64,000 nt of DNA, taken from contig CAVSJV010000005.1 of assembly GCA_963728405.1 (NCBI GenBank), positions 64,001-128,000 on the forward strand. Reading direction: 5' to 3'. Positions 30,939-41,507 of this stretch are shown piece after piece. Under the pieces are notes generated by a model that was given only the letters and a program-made list of their open reading frames with translations, did not search any database and had not been told where the DNA came from. Position numbers and translations under genes: made by a program. This DNA is from Methanomassiliicoccaceae archaeon. Lineage in GTDB: Archaea; Thermoplasmatota; Thermoplasmata; Methanomassiliicoccales; Methanomassiliicoccaceae. Every line of letters begins with the position of its first letter. Position 1 is the first letter of the stretch.

Positions 30939-32597
30939 TCACTGGCGCTCGTAGCGATAAGCGCCCCTAGGCACGGTCATCTCGAAGCGAACTTCCTTTC
31001 CCATCTCCCCGGTCTCAGTGATGCCGATCCCGGTGATGGCCAAGACCTCCTTGGTGAGGAACAGCCCTAGCCCGGTGTTCTTACCAAATCCCCGCTCGAA
31101 GATGCGGGTCTTGTCCCTGTCGAGTATGCCCACACCGTTGTCCTGGTAGGTGAGCACAAGGCAATCCTCGCGCTCTTGACAAGTAAGGGAGATGTTGGTG
31201 GCCTCCTTCCCATGGCGGACCGAATTGTCCAGAAGATTGTAGAACACCTTCTCCATCATGGCATCTGCGTAGATGCTCAACCCTTCGGTCGAGGCGGATA
31301 CCTTGATTTGGTCGAGCGTCAGCTGCCCAACGGCCCGGGCGAAGAGCTCGTCGACCGTGTACCATGACGGGGCCTTGATGCCGACCCCCTCGTAGTCCTT
31401 GGTAAATGTGATGAGCGCTCGGGCCGCGTCCGAGGCCAGTCCTAGCTTGGCCAGGAACGACTTGGCCCTCTCGAGATCGCTCTCTTGTCGGGCGAGGGCA
31501 ACATAGCCGTCGATCACCGTCAACTTGTTAAGTAGGTCATGTCGGGTCATGCTCGTCAGAAGTCCCAGTCTTGCATTGGCAGCGTGCAGCGCCTCTTCCA
31601 TGCGCTTACGCTCGGTGATGTCCCTTAGCAGGACCATGCGGGCACGCAACTCCCCTCTAACTTCGACCGGCATGATGGACGCCTCGAAGATGCGCCGGTC
31701 GGCACCCTCGCCGAGCGTGACCTCGGCCCGGTCCATCTTCTCATCGAGCGTTGTTTCCAGGTCCTTACCGAACAGGAATACGCTCGCGATCGGTGCGCCC
31801 ATGGCGCTCTTCGAAGGGCAGTTGAACAGGGCTGCAGTAGCCCGGTTGAAATCAATCAATCGTCCCTCAAGATCGATGACCAGTAGAGCATCGGTCATGT
31901 TCTCCACCACCTCGCTGCGGGCGATCGGACGGACATCAAGGATCCTGTAGCGGTACAGCCCCCAGGCGACGATCGTACCGCTGATGGCGAAGGCGGCGAA
32001 GGCCAGGTCCAGTCCCTGGATGGGCAAGAGCCCGTAATTGTCCATGATATCGAAGATAGCTGGTGGCAGGAACGCGCACAGGAGGACCAGCGCCTGTCTC
32101 TTGTACAACGAGTTGGCCCCCCTGGCCGAATCGATGAGGAGCATTATGGCGGCGAGCATGACCGCATAAGCGTAGGCAAGGTAGATCCAATACCACGGTC
32201 CGGCCGCGCTTTGTAGGATCGACGGGCCGCCCTCCGCCACGCTGAAGTCGTATAGGAACAGATCGTGGAACGGGGCGGTGAACGCCATTAGCACGGTTAT
32301 GAGCGGGACGACCGAGACGATGATACCGTTCAGCCTGGTAAGCCACGACCCCCGCCCACTGTGTTCGGTGAGCAGGGCGAATACCACAACACAAATGAAC
32401 GGTGCAACTGTGAATTTAAGTTGCATCATGAGGACCTTTTCATCGAGGCCAGTGAGGAGGATATCGATGGCCTGAAAAAGGGACCACGCGGCGGTTAGCG
32501 CGGTCAACGCTTGAAAATACTTGGTCTCCGGTAGTCCGGAAAACCGTCGGCTATAGAGGTATAGCGCAATGGCCATTGTTACGGCACTTAGCGGCAA
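30939..32597 (-). CDS. HisKA_7TM-PAS histidine kinase
   Basis: 7TM, RDITERK, SMTRHDL, VFYNLLDNS, QDNGVG, FERGFGKNTGLGL. Confidence 0.92.
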   Translation of the reverse strand: MPLSAVTMAIALYLYSRRFSGLPETKYFQALTALTAAWSLFQAIDILLTGLDEKVLMMQLKFTVAPFICVVVFALLTEHSGRGSWLTRLNGIIVSVVPLITVLMAFTAPFHDLFLYDFSVAEGGPSILQSAAGPWYWIYLAYAYAVMLAAIMLLIDSARGANSLYKRQALVLLCAFLPPAIFDIMDNYGLLPIQGLDLAFAAFAISGTIVAWGLYRYRILDVRPIARSEVVENMTDALLVIDLEGRLIDFNRATAALFNCPSKSAMGAPIASVFLFGKDLETTLDEKMDRAEVTLGEGADRRIFEASIMPVEVRGELRARMVLLRDITERKRMEEALHAANARLGLLTSMTRHDLLNKLTVIDGYVALARQESDLERAKSFLAKLGLASDAARALITFTKDYEGVGIKAPSWYTVDELFARAVGQLTLDQIKVSASTEGLSIYADAMMEKVFYNLLDNSVRHGKEATNISLTCQEREDCLVLTYQDNGVGILDRDKTRIFERGFGKNTGLGLFLTKEVLAITGIGITETGEMGKEVRFEMTVPRGAYRYERQ

Positions 32598-32879
32598 CCA
32601 GACGATGGGGGTGTAAGTAAACGTCAGCGAACACCTGGCTGTGGTCTCATCGGGCCCTTATAATAATAGATTTATGTTCATAAAATCAAAAATGGTCCCT
32701 CTTGACCCCCAATCACGCTGGTCACTGGTCCGAAAAAGATGATATGCCGACCTTGCCATCGTCCGAGCAACGCGGGGGATCACTCTTCTATCCAGCAGTT
32801 AAAAAATATATGTTTTCGACATAGATCTTCGGTGACCTCTCCATAAAACGTTTAAATGTTCTTGGCGTTGAATAATTAG

Positions 32880-34018
32880 ATGATACTAACCGCTTTGTTG
32901 AAGCTGCTACCTACACAGGAGCAGTATGCTCTCCTTCTCGAGACCATGGAGCGCTTCAATCAAGCGTGTAACAAAATATCTTCAATCGCTTTCCACGAGA
33001 ACAATATCAACCGCATCTCACTACAAAACAATGTTATTACGGTGTGAGGGAAGACTTCGGCCTATCTGCTCAAATGACCATTCTGGCCACGAGAAAGGTA
33101 GCCGACACTTATCGAACAGATATCGAGAGCATCCGCATACGTAACAAGTCTCGGCCTAAAGGCACAACGGAAGAACAACTGAAACGGCATAAGTTCAAAA
33201 AACACGGAGGAGTACAGTACGACATACGATGCCTCTCATGGAAAGGTGAGGATCGAATATCGATTCTGACCCTCAGGGGGCGGATCGAAATACCCTTGGT
33301 GTTCAGCGGCTATGATAAAAATTCCATCTTGATCAATATCCGGGGTGAGTGCGACTTGTTGTATCGAAAGAACAAGTTCTACCTTGCGGTTTGTTATGAG
33401 GCTCCAGAAGAATGTCATTATGTTCCAACTGGCTTCATGGGAGTTGATCTGGGTCGAAAGAACATTGCTTCCATGAGCGATGGAAATCTGTTCTGTGGCG
33501 AAGCTTGCGAGAGAACCAGGAAGCACTATGTGGAGCTAAGGGCCCTATATCGGTCAGTGGGTACAAAATCGGCCAGGAAGCATCTTGCCAGACTAGCTAG
33601 GAAAGAGTGCAGTTTCAAATCGAACGAGAATCATTCGATCAGCAAGAATTTAGTATCCCAAGCCAAAGGCACGGAGCGAGGTATTGCATTGGAAGAGCTA
33701 ACTTACATACCTCGTCAGAAGACGGCTAAAGGGGCTCGGGATGCTTCTTCAAAGTGGGCATTCAGGCAGCTATGCACGTTCATAGAATACAAGGCGAAGT
33801 TAGCTGGTGTGCCAATCGTCCTCGTTGATCCTGCATACACATCGCAATGTTGCAGCGTGTGCGGCTTCGTACACAAGGGCAATCGTAAGAGTCAATCAGA
33901 GTTTGTATGTTTAGAATGCGGTCACGAAGAGAACGCAGACGTGAACGCCGCGAAGAACATACAAGCAAGGGCTGCTGTCAATCAGCCTATAGTCGTCCGT
34001 CATGCCGCCGAGGCATGA
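32880..34018 (+). mobile_element. tnpB: IS200/IS605-family RNA-guided endonuclease TnpB without TnpA (frameshift about 33030 in an A-run)
   Basis: MILTALLKLLPT..FNQACN, FGLSAQM, RuvC GVDLG / IALEEL / NADVNAAKNI, zinc finger CSVCG..CLECG; visibly lower GC than the flanks. Confidence 0.92.
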
Positions 34019-34080
34019 AGTTGGAACGGCAAGCGTCCTCCACTGATGGACGCTGTTGATGCCTGGCCAACGGTATATCC
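33960..34080 (+). ncRNA. Putative omega/reRNA 3' part and transposon right end
   Basis: AGCGTCC(34032-38)...GGACGCT(34048-54) hairpin then GTTGA, as expected at IS200/605 right ends. CATGCC-gccga-GGCATG hairpin overlaps the tnpB 3' end. Boundaries approximate. Confidence 0.5.
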
Positions 34081-34193
34081 CATCGTAGGCGCTCAGTCGG
34101 AATATTTGAACAAATTATTTGGTTTAATCCGCACACTTCGAGCTTCGATAGCTAAAAAGGATGATATACTAACTTTTGTATGGTCAGCTACAC

Positions 34194-34279
34194 GCGGGGG
34201 TAGTCAAGTTCGGCCAACGGCGCGGGACTTAAGATTCCGTCCTTAGTGGTTCGTGGGTTCAAATCCCTCCCCCGCACCA
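34194..34279 (+). tRNA. tRNA-Leu (anticodon TAA)
   Basis: GCGGGGG..CCCCCGC acceptor plus ACCA, anticodon arm CGGGA-CTTAAGA-TTCCG, long variable arm, GGTTCAAATCC T-loop. Confidence 0.92.
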
Positions 34280-34676
34280 TATGTAGAACAGGTCTATTCA
34301 TGGAAAGATGTCACCCATCGATACGGTCGAATCGTCGGGGTCATCTATTGGGGATTTCCGGATGCGTCCGAGTCCGGCACTCTCGGCCCATAAATTGACG
34401 CAACCAGACCCCTTCGGGGCCGATCGCCATCCTTGTGTTTGCCGATGCAGGCGGTTCCGAGGGCCAGACATGGAAGAATAGTTCAAATAGGCGGCCCATG
34501 CCTAATTAACCAAGGGTCTGCCCTGCGACCATACCCTCTGACCATAATCTCTTGGGGGGCTTCGAGGGAAAGGTCATCGCCTTTCGGCAGGCAAGACTCT
34601 TAATGCCCATCGGAAAGATCAGAGGACCAAGCATCGCTAGCTCCCTGGCGCGGGCACTGGGTCACATGGACGGAAA

Positions 34677-35333
34677 ATGACTGGCAATGGGGCCGAAAAA
34701 AAGAAAAGGACCGAAAGAAGACTAGAGGTATTTGCGGCAGTGCTTTTGGCCCTAGCTACGATATCCTCGGCATGGTGCGTTTATCAGGCGAACCGGTGGT
34801 CGGGGACTCAGACCGTGGATTTCAGCAATGCTGCTGGACTCCGGCAGGAATCAATCCGGGCCGAGAACATCGCCAACACCCAGACCCAGATCGATGTGCA
34901 GGTTTTCCTTGAGTGGGTAAACGCTCGAGCCACTAACAATACCGTCTTGGCCGACTTCATCCAGGCGCGGTTCCGTCCAGAGTTCCTCCCGGCGTTCGAT
35001 GCCTGGATCTCAATGATCAACACGACCCCGGGCACATCCATACCGCCGGGAACGCCCTTCAGCCTCCCCGAGTATAAATTAGAGAACCGGACCAAGAGCG
35101 AGGAGTTAAGCAATTCCTCCCAGGCCTACTTCGCGCAGGCCAAGATAGCGAACCAGATAGGTGATGATTTCATCCTGACCACTGTGCTGTTCGCATCCGT
35201 TCTGTTCCTTTCCAGCATTCAGTCCCGATTTGATTCCCCCCAGCTGCGATCGATCCTTCTCCTCGTGGCCCTTGGCATATTCAGCATGGCCTTTGTGATA
35301 TTGCTGATCCTGCCGGTGAACGTGGGATTCTGA
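34677..35333 (+). CDS. Membrane protein (DUF4337-like)
   Basis: AAVLLALATISSAWCVYQANRW, FRPEF, TVLFASVLF; three TM segments. Confidence 0.75.
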   Translation: MTGNGAEKKKRTERRLEVFAAVLLALATISSAWCVYQANRWSGTQTVDFSNAAGLRQESIRAENIANTQTQIDVQVFLEWVNARATNNTVLADFIQARFRPEFLPAFDAWISMINTTPGTSIPPGTPFSLPEYKLENRTKSEELSNSSQAYFAQAKIANQIGDDFILTTVLFASVLFLSSIQSRFDSPQLRSILLLVALGIFSMAFVILLILPVNVGF

Positions 35334-35546
35334 ACGATGGGCGCCCTAAGGGAGAGTATGGCGGAGTGGGCCGCTGACACGACGTAGACGTATAGCAGAA
35401 TGATAAGGAGATTGAGGCGAGCATCTTTACCGTAGCTTGAGCATTATTTGCCTTATCTCGATCTATCCCAGAGCTCTTTGGTATGGCATCCAGGTGATCT
35501 TCCGTTGATCCGACAAAGATCAGGCTTTGAGCCTTTCTTCTTCCTC

Positions 35547-35757
35547 CTACAGAACATATGTTGCCTTGAATTCCCGTATCGTTAGTGGCTCGGCATACTC
35601 ATAGGCGTCATCAATGCTTTTTGTCAGATCAGAGATCCTGAACGCATCCGGGTTCTCCTTTGAGTCAAAAACATAAATGCCGCCGAAGTGCCCCGTGTCC
35701 TCATCATGAACATAATACTTCTGTAACGGGCCCTCGACCTCACGATACTTATCGCCA
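35547..35757 (-). pseudogene. 5'-truncated YdhR-like monooxygenase
   Basis: DKYREVEGPLQKYYVHDEDTGHFGGIYVFDSKE, no start codon. Confidence 0.55.
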
Positions 35758-35904
35758 CTTCCCCCGATCGGATGAGTATGTAACTCCTGATGGATGCGCC
35801 GTAATCCGCAACCCGATGGAAGCGAAACCCTGGGGGTCCGTTAAATAGCTCCGAGAATACTCTTAATTCCACAACGTCTGCACACCAGTGAGGAAGAATG
35901 GAAA

Positions 35905-36723
35905 ATGGCCGCCTTGGAGTTCTTGGAACGCCCGGAGGGGAGACTATCCTTTGAAGATGCAGGAGGGACCGGACCATTGGTCCTATGCGTTCCGGGCATG
36001 GGAGACCTCCGTTCCGTCTATCGTTTCGTCCTGCCCACTCTTACTCAAAGGGGCTATCGGGCCGTGGCCATGGATGTTCGGGGAATGGGCGATACCACTG
36101 TGAAATGGTCAGATTACTCTGAGGCGGCCATCGGCTCCGATATCATCGCCCTGATCGATCATCTCGATTCTGGCCCGGCCACGATCGTGGCCAACTCGAT
36201 CTCGGCCGGTGCTGCGGTCTGGGCTGCGGCCGAGGCTCCCCAGAGCGTCTCGAGTCTCGTGCTCATCGGGCCGTTCGTTCGGAACGTGCCGATATCGGCG
36301 TGGAAGAAGTGGTCCTTTATCCTAGCCCTCGCTCGCCCTTGGGGAGCCACCGTATGGGTGGGGTATCAGGCCAAGGCGCTCTACCCCTCGACCCCTCCCG
36401 GCGATATGGCCGATCACAGCAGGTCCTTGAAGGCGAACCTTAAGGAGCCCGGACGAATGAAGGCGTTCCAGCGGATGGCGGCGACCTCCCATTCTGCGGC
36501 CGAGGCCCGGCTCGATCGCGTGAGAGCACCAGTGATGGTCGTGATGGGCACGGCAGATCCGGACTTTACCAACCCCGTCGAAGAAGCGAATTATATTGCC
36601 AAGCGCCTCAAAGGTTCGGTCGTGCTCATCGATGGCGCTGGTCATTATCCCCAGGCTGAGGTGCCGGGCCCGTTCTCCGCCGCGCTCCTCGATTTTCTGT
36701 CCTCACAGGCATCTCGCCCATAG
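35905..36723 (+). CDS. Alpha/beta fold hydrolase
   Basis: DVRGMG, nucleophile elbow ANSISA, GTADP, GAGHYP. Confidence 0.88.
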   Translation: MAALEFLERPEGRLSFEDAGGTGPLVLCVPGMGDLRSVYRFVLPTLTQRGYRAVAMDVRGMGDTTVKWSDYSEAAIGSDIIALIDHLDSGPATIVANSISAGAAVWAAAEAPQSVSSLVLIGPFVRNVPISAWKKWSFILALARPWGATVWVGYQAKALYPSTPPGDMADHSRSLKANLKEPGRMKAFQRMAATSHSAAEARLDRVRAPVMVVMGTADPDFTNPVEEANYIAKRLKGSVVLIDGAGHYPQAEVPGPFSAALLDFLSSQASRP

Positions 36724-37042
36724 CGCCGGTCTCGCAGACTGGGTGAGTAATTTTAGAAGACCGAACGACCGCGGATACGTGATATGGGACCACTGTGATC
36801 AGAATGGAATTATACGGGCCTCCATGAAATATTGATCAGAATGCCTTCAAATCATTCGCATCGAAACGGCCTTTGTGCAACATGGGGTGGCTATCTGTCC
36901 TGAAACGTGAAGCCGCCTGTTATGATCTTTATATCTGGCTCTACGATCCTATTTACAACTATTTAATTTATAATCATAAATATTATTTAGCCATTCAGAA
37001 TCCATTTTATACTCATCTCTGATGTTAAACCGGTAATAGAAA

Positions 37043-37330
37043 ATGGTCGCAGGAATGAGATTGGACGGAATGAACGTGATCACCGCGGACGCCTATATCT
37101 TGGGTGAGATCGAGGGGACCGAGATCGACACCGTGGCCTGGAAAGTGACCCATCTGAGGGTCGCGCTTACCGAGGAAACGGTACAGGAGTTCGGATTGAA
37201 GAAGCCGTTCCTGAGCTCCATCAGGATCTGCTTACCCACATCCTATGTGAACAAGTTTGGTAATGTGGTGACCCTGAACCAGAACCTCCAGGACTTAAAA
37301 GGCATCCCGGAGTGCAAGGCTCAGGCCTGA
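37043..37330 (+). CDS. PRC-barrel domain protein
   Basis: LDGMNVITADAYILGEIEG..IDTVAWKVTHL. Confidence 0.75.
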   Translation: MVAGMRLDGMNVITADAYILGEIEGTEIDTVAWKVTHLRVALTEETVQEFGLKKPFLSSIRICLPTSYVNKFGNVVTLNQNLQDLKGIPECKAQA

Positions 37331-38250
37331 GCCTGTGAGGTCCGATCGGACGGAAGCGTACCCCGGATCGAACAAAAGGCCGACAATAGGGTCGCGAGAG
37401 GGGGGAGCAAAGCTTGAGATCGTCGTCACCGATGATGCGAGCATCTCGATGGAAGTGATCTCGGGCCGTGCACTGAACGTGATCTCCATCCTACACCATG
37501 ATATGTGAACTGGTCAGTGTAGTCAAGACGGCCCACGACGGGGGACCTAATGCTCCGTCCTTGGTCGTTCGTGGGCCAGAATCCTTTCCCGATCCTAGGT
37601 GCCAGGTGCCTGGCCATTCGAACTTATTACCAGGGAGTTTGCATCAGGATCACATATTCCCGCGTTACATGCCGTCCTGTCATGCCGTATCGCTGCATCT
37701 TGCCGATCGAGACTTTTCAATAAAGATCAGTCTCCCGCCCATCTATTGAATAGGTTTCTAAGCGGGTTACCTCTTGATGGGGGCCTGGGTTTTGACAGTA
37801 CTGTCTGATCGATCAGCTCATCTTTCGAAAGATCCGTGCGAAGGCCATGAGCACCGCAGATCCTTCGGATGCTTTCTTTCGGGACACAGGTCAACAAACC
37901 TTTCCACGCCAGGACCTTTAGTTTAAGCTCAGCCGTTGTGCCAGAGGATCTCTCATTGTTGCATCGGAGTTAGCCTGTAGGTCCTCCCTCGATAATGATT
38001 CTATGAGATCCCCCTAGTGCCCATCGGGTCTCCCGCGAACAGTATGGTAGTTTCCTGCGAGAAGATAATTGTTTATTGAGGTCCAGGTGATCGTCATCTT
38101 TCATGTTCATCAGATCAAGGACTTAACATCCCGCCCTAGTGGTCCGTTGATCAAAAGTCCTCACACAAGAATTCTCAGTTCTACATAGTTTTCTTTATGG
38201 TTTCGTGGCAGCCGAATGGCTCATATGTGCACATCATCAAAGATGTATTG

Positions 38251-38550
38251 TTATGATGAAGCGACGATCTCACCATCGTAGGTCTGAAGAACTATCTTTT
38301 CGGCGATCCCGCTTTCTCTAAGCCAATCCCGGTAAGCTTGCGCACCTGGCTTACCAAGTAACTCGGATTCCCACTCTGCCACTGCTATCGTGGTATGTTG
38401 GTCTGAACGCATGAGTCGGTATCTAACAAAACCAGGTTGAGCTCGGAAGACTCTGACCCCATCTTCATCTATCCGTTGGAATAATTCAAAGGCCTCTGGC
38501 GAATATAGATCGATGTTCCATTTGGCAATCGTCACTCGGAGATATGTCAT
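38251..38550 (-). CDS. ABM-like dimeric alpha/beta-barrel protein
   Basis: FRAQPGFVRY, AVAEWES; 99 aa. Confidence 0.75.
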   Translation of the reverse strand: MTYLRVTIAKWNIDLYSPEAFELFQRIDEDGVRVFRAQPGFVRYRLMRSDQHTTIAVAEWESELLGKPGAQAYRDWLRESGIAEKIVLQTYDGEIVASS

Positions 38551-38977
38551 CGTTAACCCTCTCTGAATTGGGTTCGTTTAATCTTTCAAATTTTCGGCCC
38601 ATGGTCCGGAGCAAAGGATGTTGGTCAACGGCCTGGTAGCATCAAGAGGGTGGCCGTGTAGATTAACCCCGACCAGACTCCAACGAGCTGGTCAGGAGGA
38701 TCATATCAAAACGCTTTACTGTGCCCCCATCCTGGCCAGGGCAGTTATCGAAGCATGTCTATGGGCAACATGGGGTCGATCGGTGACCTTTGCGTAATCT
38801 TCGAAGAGCGGTTCGGGGTCTGAACATTTATCAATATTATTAAAAGCGTTCTCATCGGCTTCCTCCTTAACTACAGGCCTACGATGCTCAGGGCGATACA
38901 ATCTGGCCAAACGAGTAACAAGTATTATCTATCATGATTATGGTGGCTATAGAACTCTATCATAGGGTGAATGATAA

Positions 38978-39448
38978 ATGAAGATATTATTGGTTGAGGA
39001 TAGTGCCACTTGGGCCGAGCTGATAAATGAGTTGTTGAATGAAAATGGATCAGGTGTTGAGATCATTCACGCTGAGGATGGGCAAGAGGCTTTGAAAATG
39101 CTTTCCACTGGCTATTTGCCAGACATCATCATCTCCGATATGAGAATGCCTCGAATGGATGGACATGATCTTTTGATGGAAGTAAAATCGAACGCTTGTC
39201 TTCGTGCCATCCCCTTTATCATGCTCTCTTCTGCATCTTGCAGTAAGGAAATGATCGAGGATCATGGTTGCAAGGCGACATGCCATATCTCCAAATCATT
39301 TTTTATCGACCATAATCGGTCGCTCATGAGGTGTTTCAAGGAACTGATCATTATGACCGAACAGGAGCAATTTTTATCTGAGTTCACCTCACGGAGGGGA
39401 GAGAGAAGACGAGATGAATTGGACTTGTCCGATTCTGCCCAGAACTGA
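38978..39448 (+). CDS. Response regulator receiver protein
   Basis: ILLVEDS, DGQEAL, PDIIISDMRMPRMDG, IPFIMLS. Confidence 0.88.
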   Translation: MKILLVEDSATWAELINELLNENGSGVEIIHAEDGQEALKMLSTGYLPDIIISDMRMPRMDGHDLLMEVKSNACLRAIPFIMLSSASCSKEMIEDHGCKATCHISKSFFIDHNRSLMRCFKELIIMTEQEQFLSEFTSRRGERRRDELDLSDSAQN

Positions 39449-40477
39449 CTCGCCTCCAAATCAAGTAATGCGTCATGGCTCAACTCCAATCGATCCTCTC
39501 CAATATGGTGCGGAAATTCTGATTTTTTACAGAAATTTCTACCCTAAAAGAAATATTCACTGTTTTGATCGGCTATCGCCGCCGTTAACGTGTTATGAAA
39601 CCTAAGGCCGGATCAGCACCGGCAGACCGTTGGGACCGGCGGCCCTGGTGAACGTTAGGTCGCAGTTCGGATCACTCACAGAGGGTCTCTTGGTGCGACC
39701 AACGATCCACAGCGCGGGCAGGGAGCTTAGTGGCATTAATCTTCATGTTACCCTTGTTGATCAAGGCGATGACGGCGTCAAATATGCTTCCCTCCCTCAG
39801 CCCCATCGCGATATGGAGGCCGCGCAAATGATCGTCGGCATGTTCGTGATAGCAATCGATGCACGTCTCCATGTTACCCGTCTGTCCTGATCGACCTGCC
39901 CCATTGAGAAATGGGAACGAAAGCATGTAAGGATGCGTTGCCGGGCGTCCGAGGAGATTATACGGAAGGAACAATGCGGCCCGGATATTGGAGCAATTGG
40001 TATGAAGATCCATTTGTGCCCGCCAGGTCTCGGGCAATTATTATTTGAGCTGCTCATATACTAGGCTTTGGTAGGCCGGTCGATGGCGTACCGGTGGCCC
40101 CCCGTCCTGTGACAAGCTCCCCCTGTGGCGGTCGAGGGAACCGGGCACGGATGGGCCATTAGTGTGAACATAACTGAACTGGGAGCGGCTCGATATTTTG
40201 AAGAATCATAGTTCATGAATGAACGGGCTACGGAGGGAGCGGTGGGTTGGCGAGCAATAATCTGACGGATCACCACCGGCCCTATGCAAGGGCTGGCTAG
40301 GAGGTAGCCCCGCCCCCTAGAACAACTATTGAGAACGCATTGGGCTTATGGTTTGTACGCTTTTTAAGCGGATTTTTGGGTCGAAAACAAGCAATTATGG
40401 GCTTTTGGATGTGGTTCGCTGGGGTTATTGCCGTAGGGGGTCCTCATCCGAGATATCAATGATGGGGTCAGTAGCGC

Positions 40478-40771
40478 TCATCCAGCTGTGCGGGGATGTT
40501 TCATTTTCATTTTATTGAACTTAATTTGATGACACTTTAAAGACCCGCAGGGCGGACCGGAATCGCATCTCGATCGGTAGATGGTCTTCTCTTGCTCAGG
40601 GAGAAGGACGAGGATCATTTTCTCCAATCGGTCAATAGTCGAATATTGCGGGGCAGGAGAATTGGACCATGCTATACTTGTCGCCTCACTGAACACTTCC
40701 CTGTTCTCCTTGCCCAACGCCCCACCATGCTTGTTCCAACTATTCTCCTTTTTGATGTTGTCATTTCCCAT
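40478..40771 (-). pseudogene. Degenerate small helical archaeal hypothetical protein
   Basis: SWNKHGGALGKENREVF..IDRLEKMILVLLPEQEK resembles small archaeal proteins; appears decayed. Confidence 0.3.
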
Positions 40772-40817
40772 GAGTCCTCACCTCTCAGAGGTCCTCTGGA
40801 TGGGGCGTCCGAGGAGC

Positions 40818-41103
40818 CTAGTGGCTGAACCTTGCTCCTTCGTCCAGGAAGTGAATGTCCGGCTTCCCTATCACTCCGGCCTCCTCCATCGTCATCTTCA
40901 GCTGGTCCGATCTGACGAACTTCTGGACCTTTTCCAGGTCTTCCATTTCCATCAGGATGAATATATCATTGGGATCGTTCTTCGAGCGGAAGATGTGCCC
41001 CCCCGTCGATCCTGCCGACTTGCGATTGCCGGCATCATCGTCGAAGCCCTTCCTCCATACCTCGTAATCCTTCACCTCATGTCTGAATCAGCACATGGAT
41101 CAT
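40818..41103 (-). CDS. Cyclase/ABM-like small protein (5' frameshift)
   Basis: MIHVLI/RHEVKDYEVWRKGFD..DPNDIFIL..EAGVIGKP. Confidence 0.7.
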
Positions 41104-41230
41104 CGTATCGATCTCCTTCCCTTCCCGTGAGGCAAGCGGTTAGCCCTGATTGATGGGGCCCTAGATGCCACACTGTAAGCTAGGCATTGATTTTGAAATG
41201 CGGGATATTTGAATATTGGCATTGGTGAAC

Positions 41231-41380
41231 TTAGTTGACTGGATCCTGTGCGAACACCAGCCGGTTGTACGTGATGAACTTGTGCTGCGCCTCGCGCAGC
41301 ATCAAGTCGCTGCGCCGTGAGCGCAGCGCTTCGCCCAGCATTCGTTTCACGGCCGAGAACACGATCTCGAGCGATCAGGC
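41231..41380 (-). mobile_element. IS5-family transposase C-terminal remnant
   Basis: LEIVFSAVKRMLGEALRSRRSDLMLREAQHKFITYNRL (DDE E-helix region); rest missing. Confidence 0.65.
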
Positions 41381-41507
41381 CAGCGAAGATCATGCCGGAC
41401 CGGCCTGATCTAATTTTCCGGGAAGGAACGTATCCGGGTCCTCTCTCTTTTCTCCAAGGTTAGATTTAATAGCGGCTTTCGCTTCAATGATTTCAGAGGA
41501 TGGTGCT

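Noticed and set aside
32771-32779. CGCGGGGG resembling the tRNA-Leu 5' end upstream of tnpB
   Set aside because: 8-bp match only, with no further similarity.
34060-34085. TnpB guide self-targeting the tRNA (GGCCAACGG) or 37607 (TGCCTGGCCA)
   Set aside because: Only 9-10 nt matches, expected by chance in GC-rich DNA.
39600-40460. Possible ncRNA or zinc-finger gene in the intergenic stretch
   Set aside because: Only fragmentary CxxC words and weak hairpins; cannot support a call.
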